Numbered from the stretch's first letter, positions 16,519 to 46,690 are shown. The stretch is 64,000 bases of DNA from the human T2T-CHM13v2.0 reference genome, Homo sapiens (GCF_009914755.1 NC_060935.1); one strand, 5' to 3'. Notes: generated by a model not told the origin, from the sequence alone. Numbers and translations are program-made.

Positions 16519-16881
16519 TGTCCTAGTCCACTTGGGCAGCTATCACAACATATCCTAGACTGGGTAATTTATAAATAATAGAGATGTATTGCTCACAGTT
16601 CTAGACACTGGGAAGTCCAAGATCAAGGCACCAGCAGATTCAATGTCTAGTAAAGGCCTGCTTTCTGCTTCGAAGATGGTGCTTTCTCACTGCATCCTCA
16701 CATGGCAGAAGGGGTAAGGCAACTTCTTTCAACCTCTTCTAAGAACACTCGTCCCTTTCATGAGGGTAGAGTCCACATGACTTAATCACGTCCCCAAAAG
16801 CCCCGCCTCTTAACACTATCACATTGGGTATCAGGTTCCAACATAGGACTTTAGGGAGGACACCAACATTCAGACCACAGC
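16519..16881. mobile_element. MaLR solo LTR (MLT1A-like)
   Basis: tgtcctagtcc...gggaagtccaagatcaagg...cctcacatggcagaa...cattcagaccacagca. Confidence 0.8.
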
Positions 16882-17701
16882 AGGATTCAGTGTGACTGTT
16901 TCTGCCTGGATCGTGGAGTGCGAGAAGAGGAACTAGAGCCACTGAGGGGTTTTAAACAGGAGCAACACGATCGGATTTTCCTTTTAGAAGAATCACCTGG
17001 GTGACCCTGTGGAGAGCAGATGAGGATGTCAAGGCAGGCAGCAAGGAGGCCAGATGGAGGCTGTGGTTGCAGTCTGTGTGGCAGGGACAGGGAGTGCCTG
17101 AACCATCATGGCAAGAATCAGATGGATCCCAGGGTGACGCCAGCAACAAGAAGTGGGTTAAGTCGGATGGCCAGGTTTCTGGATGGAGGTTCTACCCCTC
17201 CCAGAGATGAGGAGCACCAGGGAGGAGCGGAGTGAGGGACAGAGTGAATGGTGCAGTCTGGGATGTGGTGAATGAGGGTACCTGTAGGACATCCCTCAAA
17301 TAGGGGGTTGGGCTGATTGGCATGGTCCTTGGGGGATGATCTGGGCTGTAGATAGTGATGTGGACATCATGGAACAGGATGGCATCACCCCAGAGGGTAG
17401 AGTAGGGGGCCAAGGAGGGAAGCTGGAGGGACCCCACCAACATTTAAGGGACAGACCAGAGAAGGGGACACTGAAGAGGTGCCCACAGAGACAGGAGAAA
17501 AGCCAGGAGAGTGTGGTGTCGTGAAGCTAAGGAGGAAGTGATCACGGTGCCTGCTGGATTCGGTCCCAAGTAGGTCAGTGGTGGCCTCACTCGAGAAGAG
17601 CAGTTTCAGTGGAATTTAAGGTCTGGACACTTGCACAGGAGAAGTGAATGGGAATAGAAACAGCTGGTAAACTGCCCACTCCGCCTTGAAAGTGGCCTTT
17701 G

Positions 17702-18794
<1,093 letters not shown>

Positions 18795-19066
18795 TCATCC
18801 TTGCCTGACACTCAGCTGCCCCAACACTTGGCCCATACTTGGCGCCGTCAAGGCCTGTTTATCTGAGTGTTCCTCGAGTGTCCTTCTGCTCTGGCTGGAG
18901 CCTGAAGAACCATCCCTGGCCTCGGGGAATTTTTACTCTAAAGTGGGAGATAAGCAGCAGAGCACAGGCTCTTTACAATGAAAAGCACTATGGCCTTTGA
19001 GGGATGGAGGTGGGAAGGGCTGGGTTAAGAAAAGCTTTCCTGAATAAGCTGCAAAAATGGGCCTTG

Positions 19067-19165
19067 ATCCCTTTGTAGCTCATAAGCAAGATGACTGGGT
19101 GTTCACGCACATGTGTGAGGTGTGCCTCCCTTAAACCTTGTTAAGGGTTGTTACCCGTGTGATGG
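19067..19165 (+). pseudogene. U13 (SNORD13) snoRNA retrocopy with A-rich tail and TSD
   Basis: ATCCCTTTGTAGCTCATAAGC...GGGTGTTCA...AACCTTGTTA...TTACCCGTGTGA resembles U13; TSD aaaaatgggccttg (19053-19066) / aaaaataggccttg (19198-19211). Confidence 0.85.
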
Positions 19166-19949
19166 GAAAAAAAAGAAAAAGGAAACAAAAAAACCCCAAA
19201 AATAGGCCTTGCTAGAAGAAGGGCGTTTTGCAGAGCGGAGCTGGGGAAAAGGAGGGCCCTGGGCGGAGGTGTACTTGGTAGAGTCAAAGCAAACTGGGCA
19301 TTTGGGTGCAGTGCCAAGTGCCTGATCTACTTTATGTAGACTAATCCTTGCAAGAACACCAGCAACCAGATACCATAATGTGATGAAGGAAGCAAGCCTA
19401 GAAAAGTTGCGTGACTTCACCAAGGCCACACAACTAGTAAGCGATGAGCGCTGGTTGTGAACCCAGGCAGTTGACTCCAGAGCCCTCCCAGGATGGGCAG
19501 CTCATCCGCTTTGGCGGGCTGGTGAGAAAAGGAGGAAATCAAATTGGAGGGGGAGATCATGAATCTTACATGGCCTAATTAAACTACCTCCACTCTCCAG
19601 CATTTCGTGCACATAGTTTTAGGATAGGGTTTCCCAAACTGGCATGGCCTGGAGCAAGACGCTCAGGAAGACATTCACATTTCTTGTAGAGTGAAACAAG
19701 TGTGGGGAATGCTCCGTTCCCTTCTCCCCAAGGTGCTTCACAGCGCTCACGAACATCTGAAGAGCTCTCAGAAGTGGGAGGCAAAGGCATCTCTTTCACC
19801 CAGGACTTCCAGCATCTTGCCTACACCACGCTGTTTGCAGCGGCTCTGCAGCATACTGCAGCGCTGTTCATAACGCCCATGTGGGATCACCGCTTAGAGA
19901 AGCAAAGAAAGCACTTTGGCAGAAGACGGGGTTTCCACCCTCCTCGGCA

Positions 19950-20920
19950 TCAACCAGTGTCTGGGACGGGAACTGGCGGCCGCTGCGGCCTGGCTTCCCA
20001 GCTGCCGCCCGGGTCTGCCCCTCCCACACTGCAGCCCCGTACACCCCTCGCTGTGTGTGACCTTTGGAAAAGTTCCATCTCTCCAAGCTTCATGTTTCTC
20101 ATTTGTATAAAAGGAAAAAGGTATGAACACCCCCCTTGCAGGGTGTTAGGAAGATTAAATGGGCGGAATAGGGTGTTTTTTTTTCCTTCTCCCCCGCCTA
20201 GAACAAAACCCAGGTTTCAGGTTGTCACGGTGGGCGCCGGGGGACCCTGGCCACGGGCTCCTCTCCGAGTTGCTGCGGACCGCCCCAACGCAAGCGGAGA
20301 GGACGGGAGCCCGGAGTCATGCAGAAGCCAGGCTGGCAGGGGCTCGGGCCGCAGTGGACACAGGGGCTGCCCCGTCCCGCGTCTCCCGCAGCCGGATTGT
20401 GCCCGAGAGTCTCCCGGGTCTGGACTGGGCCTGGCGGCGTGGGAGGGGCAGTGCGGCGGGCGGCGCTTCCGGAGAGCGGGGCCTGCGCGCTGCTCTTCCC
20501 CGCGGAGCCCGCGCAGTCCGCGCAGCCCTCATCGCAACTGGGCCCGCGCGCAGGTGAGCCCGGGGCGGGGTCGCGGGGGACCGGGAGGCGCGGCGGGGCT
20601 CCGTGGGGTGGGCGACGGAGCGCGGCCGGCCTGGGCCCCAGAGTCCCGGCCCCACCGAGAGCCGCAGGGGTGCGCGCCGCCTCCGGTCCGGCCTTGCCCT
20701 GCTGGCGGCACATCCGCTTCCCTTCTTCACCTTTCTGGCACCCGCAACACGCAAGCGGCATGAAAGGGCCCTCCGAGGAGAATGTCACCTTTTCTGTCGC
20801 AAAGAAGCTCGCGCGGGGCGGCTCCCCTTTCGCTTGCCTCGCTGGAAGAGCCTGGCGCTCAGTGCGTTGTGGATATCGTTTCTCCTCACGTTCTTCTCTG
20901 CTCCGGTCACAGCCTCTTCC
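19950..20920. promoter_or_regulatory. TIRAP CpG-island promoter
   Basis: CpG-dense; GC-rich elements and ETS core CTTCCGG near 20466; first-exon donor at 20553. Confidence 0.88.
20480..20553 (+). other. TIRAP: TIRAP non-coding exon 1 (start approximate)
   Basis: Strong donor CAG|gtgagc inside the CpG island. Confidence 0.75.
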
Positions 20921-21219
20921 TCTGCTCTTCGGGTTGTCATTGTGGCAGTGATTCAGCAAGTGCATAACATTAGTTAGGGTCAGGGACCTATCGAGGCATT
21001 ACACCACAGTCATGGGCAGCTACACACGGGCTGGGCAGCCACTGTGCCAACGACTAGGGTGACCGCGGTGGACCAGACAGATCCAGTCTTCTGGTCCCCA
21101 GGGGACAGACAGGTACGCTAGAATCACAGCATACCCTAGAAGTGCAACAGAGAGGGGGAAGTGTGGAGAACTCCCGTTGAAACACCAAACCTAGGGGACA
21201 CCAGGATCAGGAATGACTC

Positions 21220-23810
<2,591 letters not shown>

Positions 23811-24182
23811 TCACAGTCCCAGGTGTGAACACAGGGGGCCACCCTAGGTCTGCACCATAGTCTACAAACCTCTTTGAGAACACTGTGTTGTGTCTATCAA
23901 GCTATAAATGAATTATATTCAGGACTTTAAGTGACATTGTCCTGCAAACCATAATTAATCCTACCCAAACGTTTTAGCAAGTGTTTGAGAACAAAACAGC
24001 CTTTGAAACCAAAATTCTTTTAAATGTAAAGTCAAAGTCAGGTGAAGTATAGATGGTAATTTATTTATTTAAAGATGTAAAAACTGTTTCAAACAATTTG
24101 AACCTTTAAACAGACCAGGTTTTAGCACTCAACTGAAATCCAATACTTTCTCCATTCATTGGCCTGATCTAATCAGACACAG

Positions 24183-24595
24183 TGTAGTAGTTTCCTATTG
24201 CTGCTGTAACAAATTGCCACAAACTTAGTGGCCTCAAACAACACACATTGATTATCCTGCCGTTCTAAGATGGGTCAGCAAGGCCGTGCTCCTTCTGAAG
24301 GCTCCAGGAAAGAACCCATGGACTTGCCTTTTCCAGCTTCTAGAGGCCACCTGCATCCCACTGCCGCCTGCTTCCCTTGGCACAGCTCTTTCGTCTGCCT
24401 CAGACCTTCCTGCCTCCCTCTTGAAAGGATCTTTGTGGTTACATTAAACTCACCTGGGTAATCCAGGAATCCCTCCCCATCACAAGGTTCTTAATCACAG
24501 CTGCCGAATCCCCTTTTGCCACGGAAGGTAACATATTCTCAGTTCCGGGGATTAGGATGTGGGCCTCTTTGTGGGCCACTATTCTGTCTACCCCA
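24183..24595. mobile_element. MaLR LTR (MLT1C-like)
   Basis: tgtagtagtttcctattgctgctgtaacaaa...ttccagcttctagagg...ggtaacatattc...attctgtctacc. Confidence 0.75.
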
Positions 24596-24739
24596 GATAG
24601 TGATTCCTGCTTAACAGAAATCGAATATGAACTCTAAGAGATACATATTCTAATTATATGCCTTCACAGGCTCCAGTACATTCCCTATATAATAGAAATT
24701 GGAGACCAGTTTGATATTGGATACTAAATACACTTTGGA

Positions 24740-26999
<2,260 letters not shown>

Positions 27000-27883
27000 A
27001 CATTCTTTAAATTTTGAAACCTTTTATTTTAGTGTGTCTAATAATACTTGCTTCCATGAGTTCTCAGGTTTGTTTTGATCTCACAGATCCACCAAAGAGA
27101 AAGCAGCCCTGTGCCAGTTGCTCTGCCAGCCTTTCACAGGAGAAGTGTCACTAGAATACTACAGCCCCCACAGGCTCTGCTCCACAGAAACTTAAGGCTG
27201 AAAGAGTGTCCGCCATCAGGGACATCCTCTGTCACTACGGTGGGAAAAGAACATGGCAGGTTGCCTTTCTAAGGGATTCTTGGGCCTTTGTATTTCCATA
27301 TAAATTTAGAAGCAGTCTGACAACCTCCCCACCAAAAAACCTAAAAAACAAAAATCTTCTAGACTTTGGAACAGCACTGAATTAATGATCAGTTTGGGAA
27401 ACGTTAACATTACAAGTTTAATAAACCATGAACATAATATACCCCTCCAATATCTAGATTATTTTATATACATAGTAGCCCACATTTTCTAAGCATTTAT
27501 TACATGCCAGGCACCATTAGGACTTTACATAAATGATTTCATTTAATCTTCACAATAATGCTGAGAAGGAGGCTCTAGTACTTCCATTTCACGGATGGAG
27601 AAACGAGTTTAGCAAGGTGGCCAAAGGTCACGGTTAACCAGAGATGAGAATCAGGCACTCTACCTGCAGTCTGCAGTCTGTACCACTTTTTGACATGACC
27701 TTCCTGAGCTGACGGCTGCAGGGGCGATGGGTCTATGGATGGAGTTATTCAGGGGGAGGCAGACTTGGAGGAAAAGTCTCCCAAGATTTCCTGCATGTGC
27801 TCTCTCTCTACTGTTCAGCTTCTGTCTATCTGGATACATAATTATTTGTCCAAATAGCAACTGTCCTTCTTCTGCCATTTCAG

Positions 27884-28007
27884 GCCTTACATAGGAAGTC
27901 CTTCTAAAGAGCTGCCTGCCAGCTGCCCTTCCCCAGATCCCGAATATCCTCCTGGCCAGGTGGAGCAGAGAACAGTTCCTCAGCTGGTCATGCTGAGCTC
28001 ATACCCT
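27884..28007 (+). other. TIRAP: TIRAP non-coding exon 2
   Basis: tttcag|GCCTTAC...CCCT|gtaagt. Confidence 0.8.
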
Positions 28008-28316
28008 GTAAGTCTGACCACACTACACAGCTTTGGCTTTATCTAGAATCCAGCTCCAATCACAGTCGTGTCTGGCCCTAATCTCATGAGGAATGAAAGA
28101 CCCATTTAGAGAAGAAGCCTCTGTCAGGCATTAGGAGAGAAACAGAACTTCGCAGAGCTCATCCATGGGGAATGAGAGCAGGGTAAGTGCAGCCTTTGTG
28201 ATTCTCTCTCTCTGCCCTCTGTAGGATGGCTGCTCCATGAGGTCAAGACTGGGTCTCCTCCCTCCTCCCCCTTCACCAATGCCTGGTCTCACGGGGCTAG
28301 TTTTGACCCCCACGCT

Positions 28317-28383
28317 ATGGCATCATCGACCTCCCTCCCAGCTCCTGGCTCTCGGCCTAAGAAGCCTCTAGGCAAGATGGCTG
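28317..28383 (+). CDS. TIRAP: TIRAP first coding exon (exon begins at 28225)
   Basis: MASSTSLPAPGSRPKKPLGKMA; CTG|gtgagt. Confidence 0.96.
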
Positions 28384-29451
28384 GTGAGTGGAACCGGACT
28401 CGCGACTCTGCTGTGTTCCTGAGTGTAGTGCTCAGCCTCCATAGGGCGCGGTGGGAGGCCTGCCTGGTCCAAACTCAGAGAGACGCAGGAAGGCTGACGT
28501 GGGGAACTCCTGACCTGAATTCAGGGCCTGGATGCTTTGTGGAGAGTGAGGAGGGGAGGGAGGCCTGCGTCAGCTCAGCCAGATCTTTATCCTTTTGGCT
28601 CAAAGGTTTTCCAGGCCTGCTCAGCTAGCTTTCCTAGCCTGGAAACCACTGTGCTGAGTGCTTAACACTGTCTCTTGTCGTCCAAATCTTTGTTCCAGAA
28701 CCATTTAGAGGAGAAGCCAAGCAGAGAGAGAAAATGAATCAATCCCCACCACAACTATCTGTCCTTATCAAAGGCTGGGGAAGCTGTTTTCATCTCCTTA
28801 TGGAGTCCCATACTCCAAACACAGACCTGAGCAGTGTTTCTCCCCCACAGACTGGTTCAGGCAGACCCTGCTGAAGAAGCCCAAGAAGAGGCCCGGCTCC
28901 CTGACATACCTGACACTGCATTATCTCAGTTAACTTTCAGCAACTAAGACAGGTCCACAAGTCCACAGTCAAAGCCGTGTCCCTGACTCCAGAGTGTGGG
29001 TTCTGAATCACGAAGCTCTCCGCTCCTCAGCAACTCTGAGCAGTAGCCTCTTCCCCATTTAGCGACAATCTAGGATTTCTTGGGGCCAAACAGATGCCAG
29101 TCCTCCGTACCCCTTCCTTCCTGTATACGTAGCCCTTCCTAATCTAAGTCCACCTCCCCTCAGTGCTGAAAGTGGGCTTTGGGACTGATGGATCCTTGCT
29201 AGCATAACGTAGCTCTGCCTGCAGACTCCCGGTGGTTGACTAGTCAGCTCTAGTGGGAAGTTCTGCTTAAGGTGGGCTGGGCTGGGGGTACCAGATATCA
29301 AAGGGCCTGGAGTAGTGCAAGGCCATTTCTCTTAACCAGGCTGGTGGAACACTCTCACATAAGGATTCCAGAGTTCTGACACGTCCAAAACCTTTACCTT
29401 TAGAGGGCACTTTTAGGCAAGTCCCAAAAGATAAACAAAAATAGCAGAGTG

Positions 29452-29749
29452 CTGGGCACAGTGGCTCACGCCTGTAATCCCAGCACTTTGGGAGGCTGAG
29501 GCGGGCAGATCATGAGGTCAGAAGTTCAAGACCAGCCTGACCAACATGGTGAAACCCCGTCTCTACTAAAAATACAAAAATTAGCCAGGTGTGGTGGTGC
29601 ATGCCTGTAATCCCAGCTACTCAGGAGGCTGAGGCAGGAGAATCGCTTGAACCTGGGAGGCAGAAGTTGCAGTGAGCCAAGATCGCACCACTGTACTCCA
29701 GCCTGGGTGAGAGTGAGACTCTGCCTCAAAAAAAAAAAAAAAAAAAAAT
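29452..29749 (+). mobile_element. Alu in TIRAP intron 3
   Basis: Alu consensus, A-tail. Confidence 0.94.
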
Positions 29750-29905
29750 AGTGGAGCAACAGGTCTCTGAGAATAAGATGTTTCCCAGTGCAGGGAGGTG
29801 GGCTGCAGTCTGTCTGTCCTCCCTGTGAGGTGGGGCTCCTCCCTGTGTGGGCAGTGAGAGGGCACCTGGTAACACACAGGCCTGAGCAGTGTTTCTCCCC
29901 CACAG

Positions 29906-30484
29906 ACTGGTTCAGGCAGACCCTGCTGAAGAAGCCCAAGAAGAGGCCCAACTCCCCAGAAAGCACCTCCAGCGATGCTTCACAGCCTACCTCACAGGAC
30001 AGCCCACTACCCCCAAGCCTCAGCTCAGTCACGTCTCCCAGCCTGCCACCCACACATGCGAGTGACAGTGGCAGTAGTCGCTGGAGCAAAGACTATGACG
30101 TCTGCGTGTGCCACAGTGAGGAAGACCTGGTGGCCGCCCAAGACCTGGTCTCCTACTTGGAAGGCAGCACTGCCAGCCTGCGCTGCTTCCTGCAACTCCG
30201 GGATGCAACCCCAGGCGGCGCTATAGTGTCCGAGCTGTGCCAGGCACTGAGCAGTAGTCACTGCCGGGTGCTGCTCATCACGCCGGGCTTCCTTCAGGAC
30301 CCCTGGTGCAAGTACCAGATGCTGCAGGCCCTGACCGAGGCTCCAGGGGCCGAGGGCTGCACCATCCCCCTGCTGTTGGGCCTCAGCAGAGCTGCCTACC
30401 CACCTGAGCTCCGATTCATGTACTACGTCGATGGCAGGGGCCCTGATGGTGGCTTTCGTCAAGTCAAAGAAGCTGTCATGCGTT
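29906..30484 (+). CDS. TIRAP: TIRAP main coding exon (PIP2-binding motif end + TIR domain); read-through to TGA at 30546 gives the 235-aa isoform
   Basis: cacag|ACTGG; [15 protein letters not shown]...[11 protein letters not shown]...RDATPGG...; donor CGTT|gtaagc. Confidence 0.97.
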
Positions 30485-31096
30485 GTAAGCTACTACAGGA
30501 GGGAGAAGGGGAACGGGATTCAGCTACAGTATCTGATCTACTTTGACTTTTAGGAGACAGCCCTGTAGCCTAGTAGTTCAAAGCGCAGCTTCTGGAAAAG
30601 GCTGTCGGGGTTTGTATCCTGGCTCCTGCACTTATTAACCCATAAAAAGTAACTTGGTCAAGTTACTCACCCGCTCTGTGCCTTGGTTTCCTCACTGACC
30701 AACAGGTTTCCATTGCTATGAAATGAGAACAGTATATACACGAAGGGCTCAGAACATGGCCTAGCACATGTATTCATAACAGGCAGCGCCTAGCACAAAT
30801 CAGGTCCTCAAGTTAATAGCTAGTAGTAGTAACAGTAATAGCATTAGGTTTCTCTGAGATCAGGCTGGAGATGTCCATCAAGAGCTGGGAAGGTGCCAGG
30901 AGGGACATTGGTTTAGTAAGGCAAAATGATGCAAAATAATAGGAAAGAAGTGCATATAAGTGTATCTGGGGAGGGCCATGCTATTGCAGTAGGTTTGGAA
31001 GTGTAATAGATAAAAAGATAGAAGAGGCAGGACCTGTTGGGGAAAACAGATGCTGGGTTTGGGAGGTGTGACAACGCTGTGATTGGTCTCTTTCAG

Positions 31097-31116
31097 ATCT
31101 GCAGACACTCAGTTGA
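31097..31116 (+). CDS. TIRAP: TIRAP last coding exon of the 221-aa isoform (YLQTLS*), followed by 3' UTR
   Basis: tttcag|ATCTGCAGACACTCAGTTGA, in frame with the phase-1 donor at 30484. Confidence 0.92.
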
Positions 31117-32232
31117 CACTTGTTATATCATGGGACCCCGGAAATTGGAGTGAAGCTAGAAACAGAAAACCCATGCAGGGCCTCGGATTCCCACAAATGT
31201 GACAAGAGGTATAGGGAGTGAGTCGCAGCGCTTTGCTCGTGACCCTGGGATCAGAGCACCCATCAGGCTTCCATTACTGTGGGCTCCCTAAGAAGACCAT
31301 GGAGAGCTTGGGGACTCCCCCAGGAAGGCCGTGAAGCTGGGGATTCCCCCTAGGAAAGCCATGAGGAAGCTGGGGACTCCCCAAGAAGGCCATGAGGAAG
31401 CCAGAAATTGGAGGTGGTAGGAAGTGGTACTGATCAATGATGGCCAGCAGGACTCATCTCCTGCCTAACTGGACAGGAAGCCTGGCACCCACTTCTGTCT
31501 TCCCCTGGAACTGGGCACTGGCGTACACTGGTATCCCTCCTAAAGAAGTGACTCACCTGACTGATCAGCAAGAAGCCTAGATTGCAGGCCTCACCATGGA
31601 TGGTCTTCCTAGTTGCCTGGGGAAACCCTGGAATGGGCATCAGGAGAAAGCAACAAGAATCCAGTCCTTCACACTCACACTACTCTGTTCCTCTTCCCAG
31701 AGACATCGATTCACTTCAAAGAGCTGTAGGGAAGATGCAGTCAGCACTGCACTGTATTTTTTATTTATTGCCTAGGTGCCATTAAAGACACAAACCTAGA
31801 AGCCTAGAGGCCATTCTGAATATGGGGGTGGGGTGGTGGAGGGAGCAAGTGAAGAGATGGGAATCCAGGGCTCAGGGTTCAACGCCTTCACCTGAGATCA
31901 CAAGCCCATGGATGCTGTGACATCTGGGAGCTTCATCAGTGGTCTGGCTAAAGCTGATACTTTCACAGTCACCATCTTCACCTTTGGACTGGGAAGAATC
32001 ACCATTTTTCTTCTGGCAGATGACTGTATTCCTTATAGGACAGGCAAGGTTTCATTCATCTGTTCTCAGTAAGTTTGTTGTTGAACTGAAATGAATTTCA
32101 TTATTTCCTCCAATGTGTACTTTTGTGCCCCCCTCTCACTTCTCCCTATCATGACCCCTCTTTTGCTGAAAAAAATTTTTATTATTTTTTCTATCTCTAG
32201 TTCTAGAAAGAGAAAATTTATTTTTTAAATTA

Positions 32233-40614
<8,382 letters not shown>

Positions 40615-40739
40615 GTAAGTACCAACTCTTCACAAAATTTAGATCTGTTAAATAACACCAGTGAAAAACGGGCTAACCAGAAACAATGGTCACCAAAGAA
40701 ACCCTCAACAGCAGAAGTTACAAGTAATAATTTTATATG

Positions 40740-40777
<38 letters not shown>

Positions 40778-41089
40778 CGAAACCCTGGGAGACGAATCAT
40801 ACTGCAAATCATATCCCTGGGTAGCAGGGCAGAAATACAGGTAAACAAAATAGAGAGGAGGGGGATGTCTCTAGCCCGGAAATAAGTGGGTGGTGGAGAT
40901 GGTTCTTCTGGCCATATTCGTTTACCTTTTTTGTCAGCAGAAAAGTACTGAGTCTACAAAGTAAAAAACTGACCACGATGAAAATTTCTGCAAAGTAATT
41001 AAAATGGGAGAAAAATGGAAATGGCTTAAATACTCGGTATAAAAAATCGACCAAGGAATCAAATGGGCTCACGGATTTGCGTCAGAAAC

Positions 41090-41880
<791 letters not shown>

Positions 41881-42529
41881 GCCTTTGAAATTAAGGCAAT
41901 GAACACATCTAGCTCTAATTTTTCTAATGTCTCCACTAGAAATATCTACTGGGAGAGTGCATTGCAGATTAAAGATCACATGTTACATTCCCCAAGCCAT
42001 TCATCATCCATTTATGTATACAGGGACTAGGAACCCAGTCAATGTTAGATGTCTCGCTCATCCCTGTCCGTGGAAACGACATGAGACTGTAGGAGATGTG
42101 ATCTCTGCCTTACGCGACTTCAGCCGTAACAGGAGAACAATATATTATAATTGTTAATTCAGTTCTACGCACGCACTTTCATGCATGCCAGACACTAAAC
42201 TAGGTACTGGGGATGTGGAGACGAAAGTTACCATCCCTGATCTTCAGGACTACGGAATATTTCTGGCGAGACAGATACACACAGCTTGCTCCAATACCAA
42301 CGTGCTCAGCAATCTGGCAGGGGCTGAGGAGAGATGGAGACCATTCCAGGAACTAGTGAGGAGGCCTAGCCAGAGCAGATATGGGGGTTCCCCAGAAACT
42401 AGTGAGGAGGCCTAGCCAGGGCAGATAAGGGGGTTCCCTAGAACTACTAGCAGGAACTCTCACCTTTGGGAGGATCAGGGAACCTTGGCCTAGGCTTCCA
42501 TGCCTCTGTGTGTATCTGGTTTTTAAATT

Positions 42530-45134
<2,605 letters not shown>

Positions 45135-46320
45135 AGAATAATAGATTAATCTACTAATTGAATGATAAAAATTGTCAACAACACTTAGGAAATCCTTACT
45201 ATTGTATCTACATGTATTAACACAGTTAATCCTCAAAACAGCCCTCTTGTAAGGAGGACTTTACGAATGAGGAAACCGGTTTTTGAAAGGTTAAATAACT
45301 TGTCCAAAATCACACAGCCAGTAGGTGGCGGGAAAGCTAAGGTTTTTCAGTAGACTGGGGTCTTGCTCACCATACTCATTCTGTGGGCCGGCCAGTGTGT
45401 CTGGTGCTGCAAAAATCAGTCACTTCCCTGAAGGAACCTACTTTCTGGTGGGAGAGACAACTAGTGAGATCAAGGGGGATGGGAGAGAAGGGCAAGAACT
45501 CGTGGGTTAAAAGGCAGAGATTTGTTTTTCATTGCAAGCATTTCTTAATTTATTAAAAAGAATATTCCATGCCAAAAGCCAGGTGTGACATGTGCATTTT
45601 TTCTCAAGATGGTTAGATTTTGTAGGCAGCTTTGTTGGAAACATGAGTGAGACTGGTTGACCTTAAAGATTCCTTCCAACCAGCAAATTCTGGAATTTGT
45701 TTTACAGCACATGGTGACTTTGTCATATCCTTCTGTCTTCTTGTTTGCCCTCCAGCATTTAAGAGCGGTCTGGCTTTGCAGATATCTTGCCCCACAGTCT
45801 TTTGATAGATATTCTTTTCTGCCCTCCATGAAAGGGTGCTATTGTTGTCCTTTGGAAATATGTGAACACTTCATGGTGAGACAAGCAAACCTTTCATGAC
45901 TTAATGCAAAACAGCCTTGTCTTCCATTGAGCAAAAGCCAGATTAATTGGTGCAAGTTGATGGAAATGGACAGCTGTATTTCCTTTCTCAGGCAGTGACG
46001 TTTAAGCAAATGTATTCCTCAGCACAGGGCGGCAGAAGAATGACAGAAGGCACCGTGGCCAAACACAACTTGGGGTGGCCCCCTGCATTGCAGGCTCTAG
46101 GGGCTATTATTTTACTGCCACACCCTTTCCCTCACCTTCCGAAATCCCTCTACCCACCCTCCCCACCCTTGGCCAAAATTCAGAAGGTTCTGCCCGACAG
46201 ATGAACCCTGTGGAATTCACAGGCTGTCCTTTTTATTTTCCCAGTCCTTCTGTGGCATTGCACACAAGTGGAGGTAGTCCCTGCTCGCCCTTTCTGTTTC
46301 TATTGTTTTTCCCAAGATAA

Positions 46321-46690
<370 letters not shown>

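Noticed and set aside
19702-20977. 353-, 246- and 210-aa ORFs at the TIRAP 5' end
   Set aside because: GC-rich CpG island with overlapping open frames on both strands, low-complexity Arg/Gly/Pro/Ala, no recognisable domain
28384-28628. 103-aa ORF continuing from the TIRAP ATG
   Set aside because: Read-through past a strong donor (CTG|gtgagt) into intron
29788-29905. Apparent N-terminal extension of the 252-aa TIRAP ORF
   Set aside because: Intronic sequence upstream of the acceptor, starting at a GTG
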